Source of the DNA: Mucilaginibacter sp.
GTDB taxonomy: Bacteria > Bacteroidota > Bacteroidia > Sphingobacteriales > Sphingobacteriaceae
NCBI GenBank assembly: GCA_965200995.1
Contig: OZ241743.1
DNA length: 64,000 nucleotides
Direction: 5' to 3' (one strand)
A program made the position numbers and the translations under genes. The notes below the pieces were generated by a model. The model was given only the letters and a program-made list of their open reading frames with translations. It was not told where the DNA came from and did not search any database. The first letter of the stretch is position 1. Each line of letters starts with the position of its first letter. Below, piece after piece: positions 35,379-43,888 of this stretch.

Positions 35379-35401
35379 ATCCTGATTCCTGACTCTTGGT
35401 T
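35379..35401. repeat. Right imperfect inverted repeat flanking the four-helix-bundle gene
   Basis: atcctgattcctgactcttggtt. See the left repeat. It lies 8 nt after the miaB stop and 10 nt before the four-helix-bundle ATG. Confidence 0.6.
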
Positions 35402-35409
35402 CCCTCCCC

Positions 35410-36894
35410 TCAAACTATCACTCCGATCAAAGTTGCCGTGGTACATCTATCCACCAGCACATTTACATATTGCCCCGGCTTACAGCCTTCAACTACCGGG
35501 AATACCACCATGGCGTTCTGGTCGCTGCGGCCGCAGTAGTCCTGATTTGATTTTTTAGAGAAGCCCTCGATCAACACCCGCTGCACCTTACCTACCTGCT
35601 TTTGCAGGCGCTGGTACGAATACTGCTGCTGCTTAGCGATAATCTCTTTTAACCGGCGGCTCTTAACCGGCTCGGGTATATCATCCGCATAGCGTTTGGC
35701 GGCTAAAGTGCCCGGCCGCTCCGAGTAGGAGAACATATAGGCAAAGTCATACTGCACATAATCCATCATGCTCAGGGTGTCCTGGTGCTCTTCTTCGGTT
35801 TCGGAGCAAAACCCGGTAATCACATCCGTAGAGATGGCACATTGCGGCATGATGCGGCGAATGGCATCTACCCGGTTAAGGTACCACTCGCGGTCATAAG
35901 TACGGTTCATCAAATCCAGCACGCGGCTGTTGCCTGACTGTACCGGCAGGTGAATATATTTACAGATATTATCATGCCGCGCCATTGTGTACAGCACTTC
36001 ATCAGTAATATCTTTAGGATGTGAGGTAGAAAAGCGAACACGCAGGTCGGGACTGATTGAGGCCACCATTTCCAGCAAGTTGGCAAAATTAACTACCCCT
36101 CCAACCTCCCCGAAGGGAAGGCTTTTGTTATGCTGATTGTTTAGTCCGCCAATGCTCCCCTCCCCTTCGGGGAGGACGGGTGGGGTGAATTTATAAGAGT
36201 CAACATTCTGGCCCAATAGCGTTACCTCGCGGTAGCCCTGGTTAAACAAAGCTTCGCATTCGGCAATAATGGATTGCGGGTCGCGGCTGCGCTCGCGACC
36301 CCGGGTAAAGGGCACCACACAAAAGGAGCACATATTATCGCAGCCACGCATAATGGAAACAAAGGCGTTGATCCCATTGCTGTTTAACCGCACCGGGTTA
36401 ATATCGGCATAGGTTTCCTCGCGCGACAGCAGCACATTTACGGCCTTTTGCCCTTCATCCACCTGGTCAATCAGGTTAGGCAGATCACGGTAGGCATCGG
36501 GGCCTACCACCACGTCAACCAATTTCTCTTCTTCTAAAAACCTGGCTTTCAGCCGCTCGGCCATACAGCCCAGCACGCCTACTATCATGCCCGGATTTTT
36601 GATCTTGGCAATGGTAAACTCCTTAAGGCGGTTGCGTACCCGCTGCTCGGCGTTCTCGCGTATGGAGCAGGTATTGATAAAGATAACATCGGCCACCTTA
36701 AAATCATTGGTGGTTTCAAAACCCTGACCGGTTAATATAGAGGCCACAATTTCACTGTCCGAAAAGTTCATGGCGCAGCCATAGCTTTCAATGTACAGCT
36801 TGCGTCCATCTTTCTTTTCAGCCTTCGTTTCCAGCAATAATGCCTCTCCCTGCCTGCTCTCGTCGTGCGTTTTATCCGGAATTAACAAATCCAT
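35410..36894 (-). CDS. miaB: tRNA-i6A37 methylthiotransferase MiaB (radical SAM plus TRAM)
   Basis: Contains [16 protein letters not shown] (UPF0004 domain), the radical-SAM [11 protein letters not shown] and a C-terminal TRAM domain. The start is moved to MDLLIPDK (36894) because a TTTG-N17-TATTTTTG promoter lies inside the longer track ORF. Confidence 0.93.
   Translation of the reverse strand: MDLLIPDKTHDESRQGEALLLETKAEKKDGRKLYIESYGCAMNFSDSEIVASILTGQGFETTNDFKVADVIFINTCSIRENAEQRVRNRLKEFTIAKIKNPGMIVGVLGCMAERLKARFLEEEKLVDVVVGPDAYRDLPNLIDQVDEGQKAVNVLLSREETYADINPVRLNSNGINAFVSIMRGCDNMCSFCVVPFTRGRERSRDPQSIIAECEALFNQGYREVTLLGQNVDSYKFTPPVLPEGEGSIGGLNNQHNKSLPFGEVGGVVNFANLLEMVASISPDLRVRFSTSHPKDITDEVLYTMARHDNICKYIHLPVQSGNSRVLDLMNRTYDREWYLNRVDAIRRIMPQCAISTDVITGFCSETEEEHQDTLSMMDYVQYDFAYMFSYSERPGTLAAKRYADDIPEPVKSRRLKEIIAKQQQYSYQRLQKQVGKVQRVLIEGFSKKSNQDYCGRSDQNAMVVFPVVEGCKPGQYVNVLVDRCTTATLIGVIV
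36105..36175. repeat. GC-rich palindromic element inside the miaB reading frame
   Basis: cctccccgaaggg (36105-36117) is the perfect reverse complement of cccttcggggagg (36163-36175). Each end is itself a 7-bp/3-nt mini-hairpin. The element translates in frame as [28 protein letters not shown]. Confidence 0.8.
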
Positions 36895-36916
36895 CAATCT
36901 TAAAATTTTAGCGCAG

Positions 36917-36945
36917 CAAAAATACGCAAAAAAATATTTACCAAA
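36917..36945 (-). promoter_or_regulatory. Putative miaB promoter (TTTG-N17-TATTTTTG)
   Basis: Minus strand: TTTG (rc of 36942-36945), 17 nt, TATTTTTG (rc of 36917-36924), then 22 nt to the ATG at 36894. Confidence 0.45.
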
Positions 36946-37111
36946 TGACACTTTGGCAGTATTTAAACATTGCCCTATCTTGCACACACCATATTGCCAT
37001 GCGTATTTATTGACCAAATCCTGATTAGATACAGGTTTGAAATTAGTGTATCACTAAAAACAAGGCGGGATTTAAACAGGCAAAACAAGTAACCTACCAT
37101 TTAACATTGAT

Positions 37112-37555
37112 ATGAACGTACAACAGCAAATTGAAAAGTGTATAACCAGCCAGCCTGAAGTAAAGCGCAGTGATATGGAAGCGTTGCACAAACTTATACT
37201 TAAAGTACTGCCAACAGGTAAATTATGGTTCGATGAGGGTATAAACAGTGAAAACCAAACCATTAACAACCCAACCATAGGGTACGGAACGCACACCACG
37301 AAGTACGCTAACGGAAAAACCAGGGAGTTTTTTCAGATTGGGATGAGTGCGAACAAAACCGGAATATCGATATACATTCTTGGCATTGCAGATAAGACCT
37401 ACTTAGCCCAAACGTATGGAAAAGAAATAGGTAAGGCGGGCATAACCGGGTATTGCATCAGGTTCAAAACGCTGAAAGATATAAATACTGATACACTGGA
37501 AGCGGCAATACGGTACGGGGTTAAGGTTACAAGTGAACGTCAGATTTCAAACTAA
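37112..37555 (+). CDS. DUF1801 (YdhG-like) domain protein
   Basis: 147 aa. The N-terminal pattern IEKCITSQPEVKRSDMEALHKLILKVLP and the later GISIYILG...GKACIRFK-like strand resemble DUF1801. Assignment is from memory. Confidence 0.6.
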   Translation: MNVQQQIEKCITSQPEVKRSDMEALHKLILKVLPTGKLWFDEGINSENQTINNPTIGYGTHTTKYANGKTREFFQIGMSANKTGISIYILGIADKTYLAQTYGKEIGKAGITGYCIRFKTLKDINTDTLEAAIRYGVKVTSERQISN

Positions 37556-37670
37556 GATACTACCCAATAGCTGTAACATTTATAAGTTGATGTATAAATA
37601 CTTATATTGGTGGAGTTATATTGTAAGCACAACAAGCAAACACCGGCATCAACAGGCCGCCTGATTATTC

Positions 37671-39470
37671 ATGACCGTTAGTTTTTTAGGATATACCTGC
37701 AGGAAAAAGATATTTTACCCCGTTATCAGCCTCATTGGCCTTGTACTGATTGCATCATTATTAATTAACCGCTATTGGTCGCCCATACTGGCGGCCAAAG
37801 TAAAAAGTGTAGTGCAGCGCAGTACAGACAGCCTCTATACTGTAGATTTTACCGATGCCAAACTAAATATCCTGCAAGGCAAGCTTACTATCTACAACAT
37901 TACCCTGAAACCTGACATGGCAGTGTACAAGCGCCGTAAGCTGCAGCGCCTTGCGCCCAATAACCTCTATACGCTACAGGTAAAGAAACTGGTGCTCAGG
38001 CGCATTCACCCATTACAATTATATTTCAAAAACAAACTGGAGATTGAGCAGGTGGTTTTAAGCGCCCCCAAGCTGGAGGTTCAGTACCAGCTAAACCATA
38101 CCCGTGATTTAACCCCTCCGGATGGCCGCACGCCTTGGCAGCGCATCAGGCCTGTGCTTAAATCCTTACACATCAAGGAAATCAACCTGAATGATATCAA
38201 GCTAACCTATGATGACTATTCTGCCCGTAAATCAACCCGGTTTGCCTTGCAGGAAATGAACATTACCGCTAAAGATCTGCTTATTGATTCGGCCACACAG
38301 CAGGAGCAATCAAGATTTTTGTATTGCAGGGATATTATTACCGAGCTGTACAACTATGAGGGGCAGTCTGATAACAACCTGTACCGGTATGATGTTAAAT
38401 CGCTGATATTTTCCACCCGCACCTCGCAGCTACAGGCTACCGGTTTAAACTTTACCCCGGCCCAACCCGAGGTATATTACCGGCAGGCCATGCACAACCG
38501 CTACACCATTCACCTGGATACATTGCGGGCCGATCAGTTTGATTATCAGAATTACACCAAATATCACATTATCAACTGCGCCAGGTTATCGCTCAGCGGC
38601 GGACGTTTAAATTTTACCAGCAACGCCGCTATAGACTCGGCCAGCAAAAAAAACAAACTGGGCAGTTTCCCCAATGTGGCTATCCACCGCATTAACAGCA
38701 AATTCCGTATTGACAGTGTTGCACTAAGAAACATTGATATTAAGTATGAGGCCTATAGCAAACGCTCAAAAAAAACCGGCTACGTAGGGTTTAACCGTAC
38801 CAGCGGAATGATACTCAATGTAACCTCGGACAGCGCTGCGCTTAAAAGAAACCATACAGCCACCATGTACTTTACCACCTGGCTGATGAACAAGGGCCGC
38901 GCCGACCTGCAGTTCAGATTCAACCTTACAGACAGTGCCAAATCTTATACTGCACAGGGGCTGGTAGGCACCATGCCATTATCCGCACTTAACCCGGCCA
39001 TCAAGCCGCTGGGACTGATTGACTTAAAGGGAGGGCAGTTGCAGCAATTCAGCTTCAACTTGCAGGGCAACCGCAAGCGAACCTACGGGCAACTGAAATT
39101 TTTGTACAATAACCTGAAGGTGCATGTTTTACGGCCCGATACCATCAATGATAAATTTAAACACTTTGCCATCGGCTCCATCTTCGCCAACTACATTATC
39201 CTGAAGCATAACAACCCTGATACTGCCGGGGCAGCGCCGCGTACCTTCCCGGTAAGCTATATACGGCCCGATAATGCAGGTTTTTTTAAGACACTGTTTA
39301 AAACCCTGCTGCCCGGCATAAAAGCAAGCATCGGCTATGGCGCCGCTGTAGAAAAGCAATTGAAAGCTACCATGCTGGAGCACCGGCTAAAAAAGCAGCA
39401 ACGATTATTAAAGAAGCAGCAGCGCAAACAACGCAAAGCCCCGCAGCCCAAAACAGGTCATTCATCTTAA
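37671..39470 (+). CDS. Hypothetical N-terminally anchored large protein (possibly AsmA/TamB-like beta-rich) with a Lys/Gln-rich tail
   Basis: 599 aa. One N-terminal TM (FYPVISLIGLVLIASLLI), a long beta-rich body and the tail LKKQQRLLKKQQRKQRKAPQPK. The family is not securely recognised. Confidence 0.6.
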   Translation: MTVSFLGYTCRKKIFYPVISLIGLVLIASLLINRYWSPILAAKVKSVVQRSTDSLYTVDFTDAKLNILQGKLTIYNITLKPDMAVYKRRKLQRLAPNNLYTLQVKKLVLRRIHPLQLYFKNKLEIEQVVLSAPKLEVQYQLNHTRDLTPPDGRTPWQRIRPVLKSLHIKEINLNDIKLTYDDYSARKSTRFALQEMNITAKDLLIDSATQQEQSRFLYCRDIITELYNYEGQSDNNLYRYDVKSLIFSTRTSQLQATGLNFTPAQPEVYYRQAMHNRYTIHLDTLRADQFDYQNYTKYHIINCARLSLSGGRLNFTSNAAIDSASKKNKLGSFPNVAIHRINSKFRIDSVALRNIDIKYEAYSKRSKKTGYVGFNRTSGMILNVTSDSAALKRNHTATMYFTTWLMNKGRADLQFRFNLTDSAKSYTAQGLVGTMPLSALNPAIKPLGLIDLKGGQLQQFSFNLQGNRKRTYGQLKFLYNNLKVHVLRPDTINDKFKHFAIGSIFANYIILKHNNPDTAGAAPRTFPVSYIRPDNAGFFKTLFKTLLPGIKASIGYGAAVEKQLKATMLEHRLKKQQRLLKKQQRKQRKAPQPKTGHSS

Positions 39471-39610
39471 GAGTAATGCCGCTGATTTATTTTTGCGGCT
39501 GCATCTGCAGCCTTGATTTCGGGGCCGAAAGCAGGCCGTTACAAATTGCAACCCCTTGGTACCTGCCGTACCAGCCCAAAACCTGGTTGCCTCCCAGTGC
39601 AACCCGCTAT

Positions 39611-39680
39611 TTATGGCACTTAATGGACACTAATTGCTTTTTATGAACTTTTTTGGCTTTTTATGGACTTTTATCACCTG
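39611..39680. repeat. Degenerate 10/20-bp tandem repeat (consensus TTATGGACTT) phased at one helical turn
   Basis: Consecutive decamers are ttatggcact taatggacac taattgcttt ttatgaactt ttttggcttt ttatggactt ttatcacctg. The 20-mers 39631-39650 and 39651-39670 match at 16/20, and 39611-39630 matches at 14/20. Confidence 0.75.
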
Positions 39681-39728
39681 TATCAGCGGCTTAATGGCGC
39701 AAACGGGATATAGTTTTGCCCGTACTTG

Positions 39729-40220
39729 TTATTTCACCATTGCCGGGGTTTCAGTAAGCTCCTGCTGTTCATCATAGCTCAGTTTCAGGTCTTCACCTGT
39801 TTTAGCAACAGTGGGCCGTATGGTAACAAACCGGGCAATTAATAAGGCCGATACCAGCAGGTATAATAAGTTACCTGTAATTATATAAGCTACAATACCA
39901 AATAACGATGCCCCTTCCAAAGGCGCATAGCAGGCAATCAATGCCGTTTGATAAGCCGTCATCTTAGCTTGCAGCGTTGGTTGGGCTATTGCTTTTTTAA
40001 TAAGCTGTGTAAACAAAAACATGCTGATGGCCACAGCAACTATAGCAATAAGTGGCACCAGATAAGTAAACACTTTATCATTCTGCCGGTTACCGGCAGC
40101 CGGGTGCAAAACCGCAACGGCAATAATTCCGAAAAGCACCTGCCCTGCAAGCAAAGCCAGATGGATAATGGTAATGACCTTTTGGGCTGCTTTAGGCGCT
40201 TGTATAGTAGGGATGTTCAT
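39729..40220 (-). CDS. Hypothetical membrane protein (4 TM helices)
   Basis: 163 aa with hydrophobic helices (ITIIHLALLAGQVLFGIIAVAVL, LVPLIAIVAVAISMFLF, and others). No family recognised. Confidence 0.6.
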   Translation of the reverse strand: MNIPTIQAPKAAQKVITIIHLALLAGQVLFGIIAVAVLHPAAGNRQNDKVFTYLVPLIAIVAVAISMFLFTQLIKKAIAQPTLQAKMTAYQTALIACYAPLEGASLFGIVAYIITGNLLYLLVSALLIARFVTIRPTVAKTGEDLKLSYDEQQELTETPAMVK

Positions 40221-40368
40221 AACGGTTTATAAAGTGGTAAAACTACAAGATTTAAAATCGGGATAATGTTTTATCATGAATATACCCGATTATATATAAA
40301 GTGCGGCCAACCCTGGTACTACCTGAACATAAATTGCCTATATTTAATTTTCGTTTAAACCTTCATGC

Positions 40369-42486
40369 ATGAAAACCACTTATTTATGGGCTGCTGCATT
40401 GTTTTGCTACGGCAGCAGTAATGCACAATCTATGAAACCAACCTCCATCAGTTACCCGCAAACCAAGAAGGGTACGGTTACCGATACTTATTTTGGCACC
40501 GAAGTGCCCGACCCCTACCGCTGGCTTGAAGACGACCGCGCCGACGATACCAAAGCCTGGGTACAGGCCGAAAACAAGGTAACGCAGGACTATTTATCAA
40601 AAATTTCATACCGGCAAGCCATTTACCAGCGCCTGGAAAAATTATGGAATTATGAAAAGTTTGGTGCGCCATTTAAGCGTGGCGAATACCTGTACTTCTA
40701 CAAAAACAACGGCCTGCAAAACCAGGCTGTACTATACCGACAAAAGGAGAACGGCCAGCCTGAAGTTTTTTTAGACCCTAATAAGTTTTCGGCTGACGGT
40801 ACTACGTCCTTATCGGGCATCAGCTTTACTAAAGATGGCAGCCACGCCGCCTACCAGTTGTCGGAAGGTGGCTCCGACTGGACAAAAGTTGTAATCATGC
40901 GTACAGCCGATAAAAGCATCATTGGCGATACGCTGAAAGATGTAAAGTTTTCGGGCCTGGCCTGGAAAGGTACCGAAGGCTTTTACTACAGCAGCTATGA
41001 TAAGCCCAAAGCCGGCAGCCAGCTTTCGGGATTGACACAATATCATAAACTGTATTACCACAAAACCGGTACACCGCAAACCCAGGACTGGCTGATATTT
41101 GGCGGCGAGCAAACCCCGCGGCGGTATATCGGTGCTTACCTTACTGAGGATGAGCAATATCTGGTGATCAGTGCGGCAAATTCCACCACCGGTAATGAAC
41201 TGTACCTGCAGGATATAAGCCGTCCGGGCAGTGCTATTGAAACCATTGTTAATAATTTTGACAATGAGCACCAGGTGGTAGATAATGAGGGAAGCCGCCT
41301 GTTTATCCATACCAACCTGTATGCACCAAATTACCGGCTGGTTACTACCGAGGCTTCGCACCCAAACCCGGCCGACTGGCAGGTGCTTATTCCGCAAACT
41401 AAAGATGTGCTTACCGTTTCTACCGGCGGCGGCAAGCTGTTTGCCGAATACCTGAAGGATGCCACCTCGCTGGTACAGCAGTACAGCCACAGCGGCAAAC
41501 CGGAACGCACCATTACCTTACCGGCAGTGGGTACCGCAGGCGGGTTCAGCGCCCGCCGGCAGGATCAGGAATTGTATTATACATTTACCTCCTATATCTA
41601 TCCTACTACCATATTTAAATATGATATTACCTCCGGGCAATCATCATTGTATAAGAAGCCAGCTGTGGTATTTAATCCGGCTGATTATGAATCCAAGCAG
41701 GTATTTTATCCGTCTAAGGATGGCACCAAGATTCCGATGATCATCACTTACAAAAGAGGAACGATATTGAATGGCCATAACCCTACATTGCTGTATGGCT
41801 ATGGCGGTTTCAGCATCAGTTTAACGCCTGCGTTCAGCACTTCCAACATCATCTTGCTGGAACATGGTGGTATCTATGCCGTTCCCAACCTGCGTGGAGG
41901 AGGTGAGTATGGCGAAAAATGGCACCGGGCGGGCATCAAACTGAAAAAGCAGAATGTATTCGATGATTTTATCGCTGCTGCGGAATATCTGATTAAGAAT
42001 AAATACACCTCCAAAGATTACCTGGCCGTTTCGGGCGGCTCCAACGGCGGCTTGCTGGTAGGTGCGGTATTGACCCAGCGGCCCGACCTGTTTAAAGTAG
42101 CGTTTCCGGCGGTAGGTGTGCTGGATATGCTGCGCTATAACCAGTTTACGGCGGGTGCAGGCTGGGCTTATGATTATGGCACAGCACAGGAATCGGCGGA
42201 TATGTTTAACGAATTATACCGCTACTCGCCTTACCATGCCCTGAAACCGCAAACTTACCCGGCCACTTTGGTAACCACTGCCGACCATGACGACCGTGTA
42301 GTACCTGCCCACTCTTTTAAATTTGCCGCCCGCCTGCAGGAGATGCAGCAGGGTACGGCCCCGGTGCTAATCCGCATTGAAACCAAGGCAGGCCACGGCG
42401 CAGGCAAATCCACCCAGCAGGTGATTAATGAGCAGGCCGACAAATGGGCATTTATGTTTTACCAGATGGGTTTGGAATGGAAGTGA
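40369..42486 (+). CDS. Prolyl oligopeptidase (S9A family)
   Basis: 705 aa. Signal peptide, DPYRWLED motif, beta-propeller region, catalytic GGSNGGLLVG, and the DDRV and GHG regions. Confidence 0.95.
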   Translation: MKTTYLWAAALFCYGSSNAQSMKPTSISYPQTKKGTVTDTYFGTEVPDPYRWLEDDRADDTKAWVQAENKVTQDYLSKISYRQAIYQRLEKLWNYEKFGAPFKRGEYLYFYKNNGLQNQAVLYRQKENGQPEVFLDPNKFSADGTTSLSGISFTKDGSHAAYQLSEGGSDWTKVVIMRTADKSIIGDTLKDVKFSGLAWKGTEGFYYSSYDKPKAGSQLSGLTQYHKLYYHKTGTPQTQDWLIFGGEQTPRRYIGAYLTEDEQYLVISAANSTTGNELYLQDISRPGSAIETIVNNFDNEHQVVDNEGSRLFIHTNLYAPNYRLVTTEASHPNPADWQVLIPQTKDVLTVSTGGGKLFAEYLKDATSLVQQYSHSGKPERTITLPAVGTAGGFSARRQDQELYYTFTSYIYPTTIFKYDITSGQSSLYKKPAVVFNPADYESKQVFYPSKDGTKIPMIITYKRGTILNGHNPTLLYGYGGFSISLTPAFSTSNIILLEHGGIYAVPNLRGGGEYGEKWHRAGIKLKKQNVFDDFIAAAEYLIKNKYTSKDYLAVSGGSNGGLLVGAVLTQRPDLFKVAFPAVGVLDMLRYNQFTAGAGWAYDYGTAQESADMFNELYRYSPYHALKPQTYPATLVTTADHDDRVVPAHSFKFAARLQEMQQGTAPVLIRIETKAGHGAGKSTQQVINEQADKWAFMFYQMGLEWK

Positions 42487-42516
42487 TGAAACTTAGTACT
42501 TCATCAAATTCCTTTT

Positions 42517-42563
42517 AAACCCAAAGCGGGTGTTACTGATAAAGTAACACCCGCTTTGGGTTT
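42517..42563. terminator. Bidirectional terminator between convergent genes
   Basis: aaacccaaagcgggtgttact gataa agtaacacccgctttgggttt forms a 21-bp perfect stem flanked by A-runs and T-runs. Confidence 0.85.
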
Positions 42564-42576
42564 AAAATTTATATTT

Positions 42577-43167
42577 TTAGTCATGACCATAGCCACGATT
42601 ATTGTCACGACCGTGATTCCGGTTTCCATTGCCCCGGCCATTGTTTCCGTTTCCATGTCCGTTGTTGTAATGACCATTGTTGCCATTACCACGTCCGTTA
42701 TTTAACCGACCGCGGTTTCCGTTTCCGTTGCTATACTGGTCGTTATTGTTGCCGCGCCAGTGGTTCTTGTAATGCTCATCGCGGCTATCGCGAATCAAAG
42801 CCTGATCATGGCGACCACGATAGTTGGCGTAATGTGAGCGGTAGTAATCGGCACGATTCCAGGGGCTGGCCTGATTTACCACCACTTTGTAGCCATTATA
42901 AACATCGTAATTACTATAACGTGAAGGCAAGTTGCCGGCATGTATCCAGCGGTTGTTTTGTAAGTATACGTATTGATGGCCTGGAACATCATAATAAGTA
43001 TCAATATCAGGCATGTAATAATAATTAGCCTGGTCATAGCCTACCGGGCCCCAATCAGGCTGGCTGCCAATGTTTATGTTTACACTGGCCCTGATCTGTG
43101 CCTCGGCGGCAGAATTGAAGGCGACGGCACTAAATGCGATAGCGGCTGTGATAATTAGCTTTTTCAT
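42577..43167 (-). CDS. Secreted hypothetical protein with Tyr/Asn-rich core and N/G/H/R-rich repetitive tail
   Basis: 196 aa. Signal peptide MKKLIITAAIAFSAVAFNSAAEA. Tail NGNGNRGRLNNGRGNGNNGHYNNGHGNGNNGRGNGNRNHGRDNNRGYGHD. Confidence 0.7.
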   Translation of the reverse strand: MKKLIITAAIAFSAVAFNSAAEAQIRASVNINIGSQPDWGPVGYDQANYYYMPDIDTYYDVPGHQYVYLQNNRWIHAGNLPSRYSNYDVYNGYKVVVNQASPWNRADYYRSHYANYRGRHDQALIRDSRDEHYKNHWRGNNNDQYSNGNGNRGRLNNGRGNGNNGHYNNGHGNGNNGRGNGNRNHGRDNNRGYGHD

Positions 43168-43281
43168 AGTTGTAAAATTTGCAGGTATGACACCCGGAAA
43201 TCACAAACGTTTAACAGTCGCATGTATCAGTTTGGTTACGATAATAATATTGTAGCCGTTCAACGAAGCTGATACCCGCTT

Positions 43282-43770
43282 CTAACTCTTTTTTACCACA
43301 CTGATTTTACCGCTTGATTCCATGTAAACTTCCTCAATTTCAGCCAGACTATTGGTACCGCCTTGTGTGCGTATATCGCTCATCAGGTCTTTTTTATTCA
43401 TCATGGCCTGCGCTAAATTTTCTTCCTGCACCTGTCCGTTTTTAACCAACAGCAATTGCTCGCCCTTCACGTGCTTTCTGATGAAATCATATCTCAAGGT
43501 TAGCCAGTCCATAAAGCGATGCAATACAACCAGCGCCAGGCAACTGGCCACTGTAGGCACAAAGGGGGATGCCCCTACTACCGCCCGGCTCAATACAGCA
43601 CCTAACAATAAGGCCACCGTATTATCAAAAGCCGACTTCTTACCAAAAGTACGGCGCCCGGAGATGCGAATTAATACTAAGGCTGCAAAATATATTACCA
43701 CTGCACGGCAGCACATCTGGCTTACCGATAAATCTTTTCCAACACCAAAAATATGCTCAATTACATCCAT
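43282..43770 (-). CDS. DUF421 (YetF-like) membrane protein
   Basis: 162 aa. Contains RAVVIYFAALVLIRISGRRTFGKKSAFDNTVALLLG and a C-terminal soluble domain typical of DUF421. Confidence 0.75.
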   Translation of the reverse strand: MDVIEHIFGVGKDLSVSQMCCRAVVIYFAALVLIRISGRRTFGKKSAFDNTVALLLGAVLSRAVVGASPFVPTVASCLALVVLHRFMDWLTLRYDFIRKHVKGEQLLLVKNGQVQEENLAQAMMNKKDLMSDIRTQGGTNSLAEIEEVYMESSGKISVVKKS

Positions 43771-43888
43771 AGCTACGCAAATCCTTACACTTTTTAACCC
43801 ATACCTAACATTAGGATAATCTGAATTTAACGCTTATTAAGAATAAAGGTGTTTGCTTTTGTATAGGTATTGATGGCAATGCCGTTTA

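Noticed and set aside
36895-37017. 41-codon N-terminal extension of miaB given by the ORF track ([17 protein letters not shown]...)
   Set aside because: The extension covers a good TTTG-N17-TATTTTTG promoter, is AT-rich and Cys/Phe/Tyr-odd, and MiaB homology starts after MDLLIPDK.
39520-39605. Possible structured small RNA (GGCCGAAAGCAGGCC, GGTACCTGCCGTACC and CCAGCCCAAAACCTGG mini-hairpins; repeated TGCAACCC)
   Set aside because: It has only short 4-5-bp stems, no resemblance to the SRP, 6S, RNase P or tmRNA cores that I can recall, and no flanking promoter or terminator signals. The evidence is insufficient.
39611-39700. The TTATGGAC-type decamers as DnaA boxes or a replication origin
   Set aside because: They differ from TTATNCACA at 3-4 of the 9 positions in every copy. 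There is no adjacent AT-rich unwinding element and no dnaA or dnaN gene. I kept the array only as an unexplained phased repeat.
40810-41490. Large antisense or shadow ORFs inside well-supported genes. Examples: 40810-41490, 47012-47623, 48521-49054, 54173-54712, 57415-57903, 61449-62039, 56606-57019, 2134-2535, 4852-5280, 21923-22255, 22844-23227, 23372-23770
   Set aside because: Each lies fully within a gene that has strong family signatures on the opposite strand or in another frame. Their translations are Arg/Gly/Ala/Leu-skewed with no motifs, which is typical of open shadow frames in moderately GC-rich coding DNA.
42504-42692. 62-aa Met/Thr/Val-rich minus-strand ORF overlapping the 3' end of the 196-aa gene
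   Set aside because: It is an alternative frame of the N/G/H-rich repeat DNA. The 196-aa frame has a signal peptide and a proper start, and this one has neither.
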